Shown: positions 1-13,100 of the stretch, one piece after another
Position numbering within the stretch: position 1 is the stretch's first letter
Layout of the letters: each line of letters starts with the position of its first letter
NCBI GenBank assembly: GCA_036172245.1
Contig: JAYWIR010000004.1
Coordinates: 5,270,001 to 5,334,000 of the forward strand
Length of the DNA stretch: 64,000 nt
Source of the DNA: Raillietiella orientalis
Lineage: Eukaryota
Direction of reading: 5' to 3'
Made by a program: the position numbers and the translations under genes
Notes under the pieces: model-generated
What the model was told of the DNA's origin: nothing
Seen by the model: only the letters and a program-made list of their open reading frames with translations
The model's database searches: none

Positions 1-120
1 GTGGTTGTTGTTATTGTGAAACAAGAATCGGTTTCTTTGCGGACATTTTGTTTTGCTGAGGAAACCCAGCGTGCCGAGGCCACGAACTCGAGCGATCCAC
101 TCTGACTGACGTCGCCACAT
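1..120 (-). CDS. Probable first coding exon (partial, runs off the window) of an unknown gene; N-terminus resembles a mitochondrial-type presequence
   Basis: Minus strand has a long T-rich tract ending TTTTTTCCAG (acceptor AG at 126-125), then GTTA and an ATG at 120. The frame is open to the edge: MWRRQSEWIARVRGLGTLGFLSKTKCPQRNRFLFHNNNNH (Arg-rich, one acidic residue). Product not recognisable. Confidence 0.45.
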   Translation of the reverse strand, partial: MWRRQSEWIARVRGLGTLGFLSKTKCPQRNRFLFHNNNNH

Positions 121-783
121 TAACCTGGAAAAAAGCAAAAGAAAAAAAAAAAAAAAAGAAAAGAAGTGCTACTTGGAACGGTACTTCTGTTTCTTGCACG
201 TCGCAGGCAACGACGGCGGCCGCGTGCCATGTCCTCGGGACTGTCGAAGTCCCCTCCGAAGGTTCGCTCTTCAAATCACTACTACCACTACTACTATTCT
301 CAAATTCGGATCTAACACCCCCCCCCCCTCCAACAGACAGGTACATTCTTTCTCTCCCCCCCCCTCCCTCCTCTCTTCGCTCCTCCTATTCGAGAGAGAG
401 AGAGAGGAAAAAAAAGAAGAATGCAATAAAAATCAACCGAGGCATTCCAAGCAAACTGAAACGTTCCGGATGGCGACGGGAAAAGAAAGAAAAATGACAC
501 AGCGTGGTCCGTGAAAAGGCTGATGTGTTGGGCGCTCCAGCCCGCACCACTCCGGGACAGGGAGAGCAGGGATTTCGCGCGCGGGTGGTGGTGGTGGGGG
601 AGACCATTTGAAAACGCTGCGTTTTCTGAGGAGCGGGAGGAGGGGGAGGGAGGGAAAAACGCTTCCTTTTCCCCTTCTTCCCCTCTGCCTCCCGGGGGAC
701 TCTCGCTGATTGCATGCTCGCCCGCTAGGTACGCGCCTCGGACGGCGCGCGAACCGCATCGGTTCGCGACGGTGCACACTCGA

Positions 784-811
784 GTGTGTGTGTGTGTGTG
801 TGTGTGTGTGT
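784..811. repeat. (GT)n microsatellite
   Basis: Direct reading. Confidence 0.95.
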
Positions 812-959
812 TGCGCGAATCCGGAAGAAGCCAACACGCACACAAATTAAGTGGACGCTCTGGGGATTTCTCCCCGCATCACTCCATTTTCCATGTGGCC
901 CGCGATTCTTTTTTCCCTGCTTTCCGAAGCGGGCGCTTTGGGGGAGGGAGGGGGGGGGG

Positions 960-1400
960 AGACCATGTGACGTCAAAGAATGGCTGCGTTCGCGTAGCTG
1001 CGCTCCGAGGCGGTGATTACCGTTCTCAATATCGAAGCAAAATACAATTTGTTTTCTTTTGCAGAATTGAGCTTTGCTGTCATGTAGGCTGCGATCAATT
1101 TATTAGTTCATCTCTTTGTATAAATCCTATCTGTTGAGAGCTCTCTCTCTCTCTCTCTCTTTTTTTTTTTTTTTTGTTTGTTTCTTTTTTGCACCTCTTT
1201 ATAAATTTCAGCACCTTTTTTTTTTTTTTTTTTGCTCCCGTGGTTGTCTTCGTCGCGCAAGCTCAATGCGTCGCAGATGTTGTTGAGCACGAAAAAGAGG
1301 AAGCAGCAGCAGCAGAAGAGGAAGAAGACGCGTTTTTTTGCACTCGTCACCTACCAGGCACGCACGCACGCGCGCGAAATGGCGGTGACGTCACTCGATT
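960..1400 (-). promoter_or_regulatory. Candidate promoter and 5' UTR exon of the left-edge gene
   Basis: Two TGACGTCA (CRE-type) palindromes at 968-975 and 1386-1393, TTTATAAA near 1198-1205, (GA)n and A-tracts, and a good minus-strand donor ACG|GTAATC at 1020 that could pair with the acceptor at 125. No TE motifs seen here. Confidence 0.35.
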
Positions 1401-1549
1401 GTTGGGGAAAGGAGGGAGGGAAGAGGAGGGGGGGGGGGGTGCCAGCTTCGTGCCGCCGCCCTCAGCGGCGTGCGCATCGCTCTCGCCCAAGTCATCGCTG
1501 CATTTTTGCTTTTTCTCTCCCCGGAGCTCGGAGGTTCCGCAGGAGGTTT

Positions 1550-4500
1550 TTCCCCGCTTCCCCAAAATTCATCTCCGCATCTTCCTCCGCCTCGTTTCGC
1601 GTCGCTCCTGCGCTGCTCGGAGCAGGGCACGGGACCGGCTGCCATGTCGTTGCCCGACTTTCGTTTTCCGGCGCGCGGAGCAGCTCGGGTGGGGTGGGCG
1701 GGGGAGGCGCAGCGAAGTGCCACGCGTTCGGAGCGGCGCTTTCGTATCGATCGGCCCGCGTTCTCGGCATTCCCGAGGTCCGGTCGAGGCCACCGCCGCC
1801 GCCTCGCGGGGCGAAACCGGCGCCGCGGCCCCTGGGGGCAAAGCACGAAGGCGGGTGGCATCGACGCCCTCTCCCCCTCCCCCTCCCCTTCCCGCGCATC
1901 GGGAGCACCGCCGTCCGCCCATCCCCGTTTCCGGATGTTGCGCAAGCCGGTTCGGTCACCTGGCACCCCGTCCGCCCCCGCAAGCGGCGCTCCGCCCAGG
2001 AGGGCGACGGGAACGCCCGTCTGCGAGGCAAAGGCGGCGCCTCAGCCAAAGGTCGGCAGACACTTCGCCCCCCCCCCTCCTCCCCCAGACGACCCCGCCC
2101 CATCGCCTCGATACGCTCGCGCCCAGGAGGCAGGGAGAGCGCCTGCGGCCCTCCGAGACCGGCCCACCGTGAGACGACGGGTCTCCCCGGTCCTTCCTCC
2201 CGAAAAGGCGCACCGCAGGAGCCGAGTTGCCGCTTCCCGCGGGAGGAGGACCGTGAGGCGGCTGCCCTGCCTCGCCCCTTCGGAACGGCCCTGGAGGACT
2301 CCGCCGTTATCGGCCGCGCGCTCCCGCTCGCTCTCCACGGGCTCTCCGAGCCGCTTGCCAGAGAAACGGCTCCGAGGGGGACGTCCCTCCGCCCCCGAGC
2401 ACCGGATGTCCCTTCGGGAAGCTCCCCATTTGTCTTTCCGCTTCCCAGACGCGCGTCGACGTCGGTGGACCCCACGGTCGCGCCGCTCCTCCTCCCTGCG
2501 CCCCTCAGCTCGTGACCGATAAGATCGGCGGCGGTCGGCCTTCGGGAGGTCATTTATTCCGAGCGGCGCGGAGTTGGCGGAGCAGCCGCGGGTGGACGCG
2601 CGCGCGCGCGCGCCCCTCGCCGCGGCGGCGGTGACGATGGGAGGAGCTCCGCTGCTGAGAGGGGAGAACGCGGTCAAGGGGGGAGGGGAAGAGGGGATTC
2701 GCGGCACTCCCCCGGAACGCAAGCAGGTGAGGCTGCAACCCGTGCCCCCCCCCCTCCCCTCGCGGACAGGAAGAGGTTGCCGCCTCCATCGCCCGCGGAA
2801 AGCCGCGCGCCGGCAGCGTTTACCCCTCCCCCCCCCCTTCCCTCCCTCCCTACGGAGGGGAACGGCGTAATCGCGAGGATCAGCCGACATGTTCACAAAC
2901 GGGCGGCCCTTCGGGACGGACTCTCCCCCCCCCCTCCTCCATCTCCACCCACGGGAGGGAGCTTTCCTTGGGCTTCCGGTGAGCGAAGGGCTACGGGCGA
3001 CGACACGCGCGTCTGCCGCGCGACCGTCGCTGGCAGCGGAGACGGTGACGTCACGTGCCAGAGCGCCCTCCAACTGTGGTGTGAAGAGTCTCCTAATGTA
3101 GTCGGAAGGTCGCAGAGACCGAGGACGTGGCCGGCCCTCCCCCCCGGGCCTACCCCGAATTCTTCCCTGCCTTGTCCCCGTCGCCACCGGCAACGGCGCC
3201 ATCCTCGTCGACCGAGCTTCTTCCCTCACCTCCGCGTGCAGAGGGTGCTCGGGAGCCCGTCGATCGTTCCGTAGAGGCACAAGTAGACCATCTCCGGAGG
3301 GAAAGGGAGGAGGAAAAGGGGAAAGCACCCATTTCACTTGCCGCTACCCCCTTCCCCCTCCCTCCTTTGCGGAAGAGCGGGCGCGTTGGACGCACAACGG
3401 TCGCGCCTGCCCGCATCGCGTCTCCTCGTCGGGATCTGGGAAGGCCACGAGGCCGGGCGCATGCGACGCAAGCGGAGGACCGAGTCCTCGGGGGCAGGTG
3501 GTCAACGTGGGGTCGGCTCCGACTGCGCTTGCCCGAGGGACGGCTGTCCGCACAGCTGCTCCTGTCCCGGCCAAGCACGCCGAGGAGGAGGAGGAGGAGG
3601 AGAAGACTCACTTCCCCATCTCTTCTGCAGAAAGCGATGGGAGGCGGAGAGACGAGAACGGACAACCCTGCAGCCGCCGCTGCCTTTCCCCAGGGCCCAG
3701 AGACCCGCCCTCTTCTCCCATCCCCCCGCACCGGGGAGGGTCGTCGCCGCGCCAAGAGCCTCCAGCTCCGAGCCTCGCAGTTTGTCCTGCGCGCGTCGCC
3801 ACTGCGGGAAGAAGGAGGGTGGCAAGACCGGGGAGTGCAGGCGCGACGGCCTCCCCAACCCCCTGGTGACCCCAGTTGAAACGCTCTCCCAGGACACAAA
3901 AGGCGGACCGTCCGGCGGGAACAGGTGGAAGGCGGTGCACCCCGAGGTCCACCACTGGGGTACTCCCGCGGAAACGCGCGACGCGCATCCGCGGAACTCC
4001 AGCGCAGGGGTCGCGCAGGAAAATGGGAAAACGCGTCGCTCTTTCGCGAGAGCCGGAGGGGCGGCCGGCACGGAGGGTTTCCGAAGGAACGAGACCCGGG
4101 GGAGGGGGTGACAGCTGCGACAAGCAAGCGGCCACGCAGGCGGGCGCAACGCGCGAGCGAAGGAAACTCCGCGAGGTAGTGTGGCAGCTGCGAAAGGAGG
4201 CTTCGTGGTAAAGAATGCTGGCCCCGTTTCCGCAGCAACGGGGGGACGGGTGCGCGAGGAGGACGGCTTCGCGGGCGGGCATACCGCAGGTGCACCAGGA
4301 TCTCTCCCCGACTGCATGCCGTCCAGGGAGGGTGGAAGGGGGGAGGTGCGCCTACGTGGCGATCGTAGGGAAGGGGAGGGGAACCGAACTCGCCCGGTCC
4401 TCCTGTGCGCCGAATCGAAAGGAAGGAACGCGGAAGAGCCGACTGGAGGGGCTGCTGCTACTGCTGCTTGGCGTTCACCGTGGGGAAACCAAGGGCCCGC

Positions 4501-7000
4501 GGGCGTGGGTGGGCGCGCGCAGCACATGCCTCCTGAGGAGCGCAGGGAAGCGGAGGTTTCCGCTGCACGTAGGCTCAGCTCGTCCACCCTGCACGCGACC
4601 CGCGACCCAAACACTTCCGTACACTCCTGTCCTTCCCTTGTACATTTGAAAGTTCGTTTGGGGGGAAGAGGTGGAAGGAGGGTGGTCGATCGATCCAGCA
4701 GCCGAAGCGACGCTGTATGCACCTAGAGTGTGAGCGAAGAGCCCACTCTTCGAGGGCGTCCCCCACGGGCGGCCTGGCGACGACGGCCTGCGGTCGAAGC
4801 CGCCGCCGCTGCTTGCTCGCTCGCAGCTGAGGGACTCTGGCACGCCCCAAGAAGGAACGCGCTCGCCCCCACGAGACCGTTCTGGAGCGCGGGCGGGACA
4901 GGACGCGGCGAAAGCGTCCTATCGTCTCCGGGGTGTCCGTCGGGACGGCAGGCGTCCTCTCCGCGGAGCGCGCCGCCCGCGCGCGCCTCGGCGGATGAGG
5001 GTCGCGTGGTGGGTGCGCGGTTCTCCCGTGCAGCGGCGAGTGCAAGATGTCTGATCTACGCTCGTCTGATCGCGCAGGAGCGGTGTGTGCGTGGCACGCC
5101 CCCCTCTCATCCCCCCCTCAGTGCGTGCAGGCGGCAAGTGCACCTTGCCTCCTACAGGTCCTCGTGAGTCTCCCGGGAGGACGACTCCGGGGAACAGACG
5201 CAGGAGCTGCCTTCCTCTTTCGCGAAGAGGCCGGCAGCGGCCGGATCGTCCCTCTCTCTCCCTCCCCCTACCAGTTTCAAAGGCAGAGATCGAAGCGAGG
5301 CGTCTTGGGCGGCGTATCGCCACGTCGTCTCCTCTGCGGAGAGCGCCGGACTCTCCTTTGTTTGTTTGTTTGTTCTTTCTTTTTCGGTCCAGAAACGGAA
5401 TGGAGTTCGACGTCCTGTGCGCTCCACCTGCTTCTCCGCACGCTCAACTCTCAGGGCCCGCTCTCTCTGCTTCCCTCCGGGTGGGGTCGTGCTCCAGCGG
5501 GGAGCCAAGGCGGTGGCGCCTTCCTCTTGAGCGGCTACGGAGACCTCGGAGGGAGCGCGCGAGGGGACGAGAGGGACCCCTGGCTGTCTCGGCGGACTGG
5601 TCCATGGCCTTTCCTCCTCATCGACTGGTGTCGTCCCGTCCGGCCAGGAGGACGGGAAAACGCACGCAGTCGAGCGGGGACGCGACCTTCGGAAACGTGC
5701 GTTCCCACGCTCCCTGCTTCCCGTTCCGCTCCCATGCCCTCTCCCCAGCTTCCTCATGAGTCCAGCAGAGCTGGCTGGCTGACCGGGGAGAGAGCGGGGG
5801 GAGTAAGGGAGTAGGCAGTCTGCCGCTTTGTCAGAAGTGGTCCCGGGAGGGACGGGAACGAGAAAAAAGGCGCGACTCTCCCGTGGAGTCTGGGAATGGC
5901 AGTCGGACCCGCCGCCCCGCGCAGCGGCAATGCAAATCTCGCGCGCAGGCGCATGGCGGAGCCAAGCGGGGCCGCTTACTCCACCCCGTGTAGCCTCCAT
6001 CCGCTGCCAAGAGGGTGGAGAGGGGGCGTCTCGGGGACGGTGCAGGTGGGGGGCCGCTCGGTCCTCGCTGCTGCTGCTCTGCCCTTCCTCCTTGGAAGGG
6101 CGCGGGGCGAACGGAAGTCGTCAGCGTGAGGCACCTGCCCCCAGACCTCTCCTACCTGGACCACCCGCCTCGCCCCGCCCGGGGGGGGGGGAGCGACAAG
6201 CCCTCGTGTCGCCCCGCCCTGAGGCGAAGGCCGCTGATGGCGCTTCGACCGGGAGGAAATGCGGCAACTGAAGATGGGAAGGGAAAGGGGAAGGGGGAAG
6301 AGATGGATTGGTCTCGAGACGATCCCGCCTTGGCTGCCCGGAGTCTTCGAGGTAGTGCGCAGGGTCTGGTCCCGGTTTCGCTTGTGCGTGAAGGCTCCAG
6401 GGGTCCCACCGAAGGTCTCTCTTTCCCCTCTTCCACGTCCTGGCGACTCGCTGGTCTTGGCGAGGGAACGCTCCCGAGAGGGCGAGACGCCACACCGCTC
6501 GGCAGCCCCTCGTATGGGTGAGGGTGGCTCCGCACTGCTCGGAGGAGAATAGAGGGAGGACATCTGGGGAGAAGCAGGACCACCGCGCAGGGCAGTGGCC
6601 CCCTCGCTGCTTTCCTCCCGGAGGACGGGGCAAGAGTCCCCGCGCGCTCACTTCCTGCGGGACGCTTTGCCTCCCGTTCCCCATCCGGAGGGGAACAGGG
6701 AGGAGAGGGGGGAGGGCTGTCTCTCGATGCACGGTTCTCTAACGGGAAAGGTTTGGGTCCGTTCTGTCCATGGGCAGGCGGAAGTGCCGTCCCGCAGAAG
6801 GGCGGCGGGGTCGTGTCGACATGCGCGAGGAGGATCCCTCGCTACCCGCTCAAGAGGGAGAGGAGAGGAGGAAGCTGGGGCTAGGCTGTCTGGAGGCCCT
6901 TCCCTAGGTTCCTGCCGAGCTGCACCCCTCGACTGTAGGAGGGACGCGAGCCCCGTTGGGGATGGAGATGGAGGCGTCGAGAAGCAGCCCCTCCCGGCAG
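1550..7000 (-). mobile_element. Near full-length decayed L1/Tx1-like LINE (ORF1 + EN-RT-CCHC ORF2)
   Basis: Ordered minus-strand motifs: ORF1 ETGTR (6365-6379) and GRH; EN AQEE (for LQET), VVLPGDS (for GGDFN, ~5165-5185), SIDHP; RT GRDRSSCADSRPS, VATGTRQG (GTRQG 3164-3178), ALARDVTV (for YADD, ~3041-3064); CSRC (1896-1907). Confidence 0.75.
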
Positions 7001-7649
7001 CCCGCTAGCGCGACCGCGGGCGTAGCCACCAAGTTGGTCGCCCCGGCGTGCGCTGCTGCCGCATCCCGCCGCGCTCACCCCCGCCAGCTTTCCTCCCCCT
7101 CCCCCCTCCCTCGAGCGCACTCGGCGCCCAAGAGCGGCTCGGAATGGCATCCCAGGTATTTATGACCGTCTCCCGCCACGGTTACGGTTTCCTAGACGAC
7201 GGGAAAACCGCGAAACGCACCAGACGAAATGGGCGAGAAAAGAAAGGAATCCGGGGGCACAGCTGCAGATAGCCATCGCGGCGACCCCGGCGGCCCTTGC
7301 GGTGCGCAGGGGGGCTGCCGTCCTTGGAGGGAGCGTCAGGAGGAAGGGCCACTGCAGACCCACGTCAGCTGGGGCAAGGGAAAGAAAAGAAGCACGAGGG
7401 AGGACGAAGAAGGAGGCCCTCAGGGAGTGACCCCGGGGCTTCCCTCCTTCATCGTTCTCCTTCCTCCGCCCCCTCCCGCAGCTCGAGGAAAGGCGGGGGG
7501 TAGGGGTGGAGCGGACTGTCGTGGTTGGGGCTCGAGGTGCGGAGGGCTCCGGCGGAGCAGCGCTGGGAGGTGGGTGGGTGGGGGGGCATCAGGGACCGAC
7601 GGGGGCGGGCTGCGAGAAGAGGTCTCTAGAGGAGGGGGAGGACAAACAA

Positions 7650-9500
7650 AACAGATTGCTTGTCGGACACGAATGATGAAGGACGAAGATTAGAGATGAG
7701 GAGGAAGATAAGAGGAGCGAGGCTGCGTCTCCGCGGTGACTGAACGAGATCTTTCTTTGTGCAGCTGCCCGTTCCAGCAGGAAGAATGGCATCGCGAAAA
7801 CAACGGCGGCAGCAGCAGACCCCAAGAGGAAAGAAGGAGAAATGGACCAGCGACGGACCTGTGAAGACGCCTCCTGGCTGTGGATCCGAATCGTAGTAGG
7901 ATGCCATGGGAACGGAGCAGGTGGCGGAGGAGGGCGGGACGTGTGGGTGTGGCGCGAAGAGCAGGGTCCTGGTCGTCTCCGTCCCTGCGGAGGAACGATC
8001 CCGGGGGTGGAGAGGAGGATGCGTCCCCTTCTCCGACGCACCGACTTGCGGCGCGAGGTCCGTCTCCCCGGGAAACGCGGTCGGCACGGCACCCCCGACT
8101 TCTCCGATGGGAGTGCCACGTCGGCACATGCGAAGGGAACTCCTCGCAGGAGTCGCAAGGTCAGGGACGGAGGCGTCCTCTTCTCGCGAATTGTGGGAAG
8201 CGGTCATTCTGCGCCACGTAGTCCGCTGCCCCTCCTCCTCTCCTCTCTCCCTTCTCCGGAGCACGGGGCGAGGCGACAGCACCCTGGGATGCGCGCGGAG
8301 CGGTGGGAACGAACAAGCGAGTCTCCTCCCAGATTTAGGTGGAGCACCCCAGGAGCGTCCTTTCTCTTGTGACCACAGCGGAGGCTCTCTGGGACCCTCA
8401 AAGAGACCCCGCAGATTCCGTCAGTGCTGCCACGCAGCTGCCCCGATGTCATCTGAGCGCGCGCATTCGAGGACGCCTCCCAACTGGACAGCGAGCGCCT
8501 CGCTTCAAAGGCGGGTGGGAATGGTGTGTGTGTGGGGGGGGAGTCGTTCTGCGTGTCACCACAGGAACGGGTGCGGCGCCACCTTCCTTTCCTCCGCTGC
8601 AAGCGCCGGAGCGGACGGTCCAGCGACAACGGACCCGCGGCGAGGCGCTACCAGCAGTGCGGCGCGAGGGATGAGACGGGGGAGGAGGAAGCGTATCCGC
8701 GACCACTTCCTTTTTACTCCTGATCCGCGCCGGAGTGCTCCGGAACGGAGGGCGAGAGGCCCAGGGATCCCTGCCTGAGTCTGCTCCCGGGCTACTCTAG
8801 TGGGGAGGAGAGGTCTTGACTTCTACTCGGTCACCTCACAGGACGCCCGGAGCGACGGGAGGCGCTCCCCCTTTTCGGCCCCCTCCTTCACTTCGTCTCG
8901 ATGAGGGGGAGATGAGGTCTTCCCGGAGCCTTTGGCCCCAGGGAACCCATCTGGTGGGTGGACGGTCGGGATGCACCAGTCGACCCGTGCAACCGCGGAC
9001 AACCCACGCACCGATGCGAGGGTGGGCGGAGGGCGAATGTCGCCGCCGTGAATGGAATACGTTGACCGGTGCCCCCTCCCCCCCGGGGGGAGGGAGGGAA
9101 GATTTCCACCGCGGTCTTCCTTGCCTCCCCGAACAGGGGAGTAAGCGCGCGCTCGAGGCACTTTCGATTGCTGACCCCTCCTCCCGGAGAAGGGGTTGCC
9201 GCTGCTGGGCCCTGAGGCACACCCTACCTGGCCTCCTCCCCCTGTACGGACGCTGGGACGGCTGCTGCTGCTGCTGTGGCGGCGGCGGCTTGTGGCGCAA
9301 CTCGTTCGGTTTCCGGGGAAACTGGAAGCAGAGGGGAAAGCAGGAGATTACAGAGGGGTGGAGAGAAAGCCCACCCCCCTTTTCGAGAGAGGGGGGTGAG
9401 AGGAGAGACGGCAACCCCTTCCCCGGCTGGCAAGGCTCGGTTCACCTGCGGCGGCTTGCAAGGAGGGCTTCCAGGCCCCTCCCGCCCTCCTTATGAGACC
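7650..9500 (-). mobile_element. Decayed, internally deleted L1/Tx1-like ORF2
   Basis: KSSLPPPGGEGAPVNVF (KSPGPDG), RLVHPDRPPTRWVPWGQR (IHPDQ..VPGR), SCGDT, GICGV, WRRM...EEDASVPDL (GGLG region), ETTRTLLF, QLHKERSRS in collinear order. Confidence 0.65.
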
Positions 9501-10199
9501 TAAGGCTGTTTCCCGGAGGAGCCCCGTCCGCACTCCCCTCCCCCCACCGCGCCGTCTGTTCTGGGCTCGCCTTCCTAGTGTGTGTCCCGAGCAACCTCCA
9601 CGGGACTCACCCCAAAGCTGGAGGAGGAGGAGGAGGAAGGGAGGTAGGGTAGCTCTGCCGCTCTCGCTGCTTGCCGGCGGAGGGACGAGTGCGGCCAAAG
9701 GGGGGGGGAGCACAAAGGGAAGGGTCGAAACTCTTTTAGGGACCGTCCTGGCCGGCTGCTGCCACTGTCGTCCCCGCGTCGTGCGCGCGCGCGCGAGGGG
9801 GCAGCGACGACAATGGAGCGCGTCTCACGGGGCGCCAGGGGAAGCGAAGGGACTGTCACGCCGTCGACGCTCTCGAGGGGGCTGAGGGCGAAGGAGGGAG
9901 ACCACCTCGGGGAATCCCCTTTCACGTGCGCGCGTCCGCGAGCGGGTCGCCCGGTGACCGCCGAGTCGAAAAGGCAGCAGCAGCGCCGAAAACGGGGCCG
10001 CGCCATTGTTGCGCGCGGTTCCCGCGGGTTCTCAGGTCTACCTGGAGGAATGCTGTCCGACGGCGGCGGCTTCCGGGAGGGGGCGAGGGAAGAGGAAACA
10101 GAAGGAAAAAAGGCAGCCCGGATTCCAACAGGGAGGGGGCGGGGCTACGCCGTCGTGAGCACTGCCAAAGAACGGTATGGGCTTGCGCGGTCACGGAGG

Positions 10200-13100
10200 T
10201 CGGGCATGGAGGCGCGCTTCGCCCGGGGGCCTCCCAAGGACAAAGGCAGAACTCCCCCTTCCCTCACGAGTGGCCGCCGCAGGGTCTCGGGGACAATGCA
10301 GCGGGGCCGGGGGGTGCCCGGGGAGCTCACAATGCCCCGAGCAGGCTCGTCCAGGACTCCCCACGCCGAACAATGGGACTGTGGAGGAACTCCCGTCCTG
10401 CCCGGAGCGGCTCCGTGGGACCGCGCGCTGCGCTCCGGGATGCGAGCGTGGCTCGAGAGTTTCGCCCGCAGCGGGACAGCAGAAGGGGAGCGGAGGCCTC
10501 TTCAGGGGAGCGCCAGACGCCAGGCGCGAGGAAGGGTGCGTGGGAGGAGCCAAAGGATGATACTCGACAAGCCGGCAGTGCGCCGCCTGAGGCTCGTTAC
10601 AGCGCAGAGCGTAACAACATGGGCTGTGATGCCGACCTCCCGGCCGCAGATGGGAGGGTGGCTGCGACCCCCTAGCGTTCCGGAAGAAGCGCCCTTGTGA
10701 GCGCGCGGGGCCCTGGGCTTCCCGTTGCCATCGTAGCCACAGGAGGAGCGGCAGCTGCGACGGAGACGGACCATCTCTGCTGCTCTTCCGTGACCCACTG
10801 TGCCCTTCTCCTCCTATCCCCTTCCGCGTGAGAGAGGAGCTGCCGAGCTCTCCCGTGACCGCGGCCGAAGCCCGGAATGCGCCTCGGAGCGAAGAAGATC
10901 AACACTCCACCATGTCCCCCGTCCGGTCCTGAGCTCGGACGAGTGCCCGGCGGGGACGCTCTCTCGCTGGGCGATCCTACGTGGCCGCGGGCACAGCTGC
11001 CGCGCCACGGAAAACGCGCAAGAGCTCCCGTAGGCGACTGCGATGTCCTGCGACGTCCGCGGACTGTTCTTCTACCTCGTCCGGAGTCCCTCACGAAGGG
11101 GACGGTGGACCGAAAGGAGGAGCAACGGGGAACGGAGGTAACGATCGAAGACTGAGGGGGAGGAAAACGGCAGGGATAGACGCAGCCAGGGGGCTTGCGT
11201 GGTCCACCCTCGCGGATGCTGGGATCGCTCCGATGGAGCCGCTGGGTCTCCTGGCGCGAACCCCGCCCAGGAAAGGAGCGACCCTCACGACTAATTCATC
11301 AGGAGGGGGAGCTGGCAGCAAACGAGGCGTGCTCAACGGCCGCTCAAGTCTTTCTGGTGGGTTCCGCGCCCCCCCTCCTCCTTCTGGACCTGGATCTCCC
11401 CCCCGGCATCCTCCCTGTGAGCGAGCCGGGAACGAGAGGAGCTCCTTTTACCTTCTCCGCCACCCTTTGGAAGAGAGGGGCCTCTCGCGTGGCGAGGGAA
11501 GACGGACAGGTGTTCGCCCAATCCCAGGCCAAGCCCCGGGCGCAGGGCGATGCGGTTTCCCAAAGCGGTAAGGTCTGCTCCTGGTTGCAGGTCGACTTTC
11601 GGAGGGAGGAGAAGACGGGAAGATTCCGAGAAGAAACCGCCTCGAGGCGGCAGCGGCGGCTGTACGCGCAGGACCCAGGGCCGTCCTCTCATCCTCCTCA
11701 GGAAGCGAGAGCTGCTGGTCTTCCCTCCCGGGTAGAAGAAGCGGGAGTGTCCCGGGCGCGCGGCGAAACTTGCCCCAGAGGCGCGAGGGTGGCGGCGGCG
11801 CACCCCTCCCCTCGCGGGCGGCCTCGGCTGCGCGCTCAGCTCTACGCGGCGGCATGGTCCCGATGCTGGAGTTCCACAGGAAGAGGGAAGGAAGGCAACG
11901 GCCTCCGGCATCCCTTGCTCGTTGTGGAAAGGCAGGGCAGACCGAGGGCAAAGAGGGGGCGCGCCAGATGCTCCAGACTTGCCCCAGAGGTACCAGGGTG
12001 CGCGATCCAGATGACCCTGAACGTGTGACTTCGGCTGGCTTCTGCCGCCGTCCGAGGAAAAAGTGCGCCGGGGGCAAAAGGCGTCAGCCGCAGGGACAGA
12101 CGGGACACGAGGTCGGGAAGCGCACCGGATCTGCTGCGTTCGCAGCGGGACCGATCATCGCTGAGAGGTCTAGGAGGACAGCGATGCGGCCGCTGTGGGA
12201 AGTGCGCAGCTCTTCGAGAGGAGGAAGGGCGGAGACGGACGCGAGGGGAACCTCCTCGGCCCTGGATCCCTAGATCCTGACGCTTGGGAGGGGAGGAGAG
12301 CTCGTAGGTCGAGGCGAGCAGCTGTGAAGGTGAACCCAGGAACAGGGGACGGCCGCCGAGGACCCTTTGGCAAGCTGGTCCCGCCATTCCTCAAGGGTCC
12401 ACTCCCGGAAACGCCTCTCCGGAGCACGCGAGATCGGCCCCGGTCTCTTCTTCAGCGCGGGATGAAGGCAAAAAGTCTACAGAGCGGTGAGGACCGAGGA
12501 CCGGGATCCGAGGAAGAATGGGAGGACAGGAAGGTGGCGGTGGCAGCGGCAGCAGAGTGAGGGAGAGGACAACCACGCAGCTGTTTCTGCAAGGCCCCGC
12601 CTCCTCCCCCTCCCCCCGGCTTCCAGGATTGAAGAAAGACGCCAGACAAAGTGGAGCGCAAGGAACGAACTCGGAGAGGCGGTCCAGACGGCACAGGCGC
12701 TGCCTCCTGCGACGGGAGCAGGACCGGCGTTGCTACCCGCGTTCCGATAGATCGCGCTCAAAAGATGAGAGGGAAGAGAGGAGGAGCATGGACGAAGTCC
12801 AATCGCGAAACGCCAGGCGGTGCGTCGGCAGAGCGGAGCGCGTAGAGGGCGGGTGGCTACTCTCCAGGTTCCCCACCCACGAGGTCAAAGCGTTCCCTGC
12901 CGTGGCCATGCCTCTCATCCTCCTGGGAAGGAAAGCGAAATAGATGCGTCCTCGGAGCTGCTGGCCAGAGGCCCTGCGCTTGCGCGAGAGTCCCCTTTTC
13001 TTGACACGAGCACTCCAGAACCGATCCCGAAAGCAAGGTGCCGCACGGGGATCCGACGGCCCAAGCTCACGAGGTGGATCAGACAGCAACATTGTCGCAC

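Noticed and set aside
1174..12400. Numerous 200-430 aa ORFs on both strands as genuine genes
   Set aside because: R/P/G/A/S-rich, overlapping in many frames, and expected from stop-codon scarcity at ~70% GC. The informative motifs switch between frames, as expected for frameshifted TE relics.
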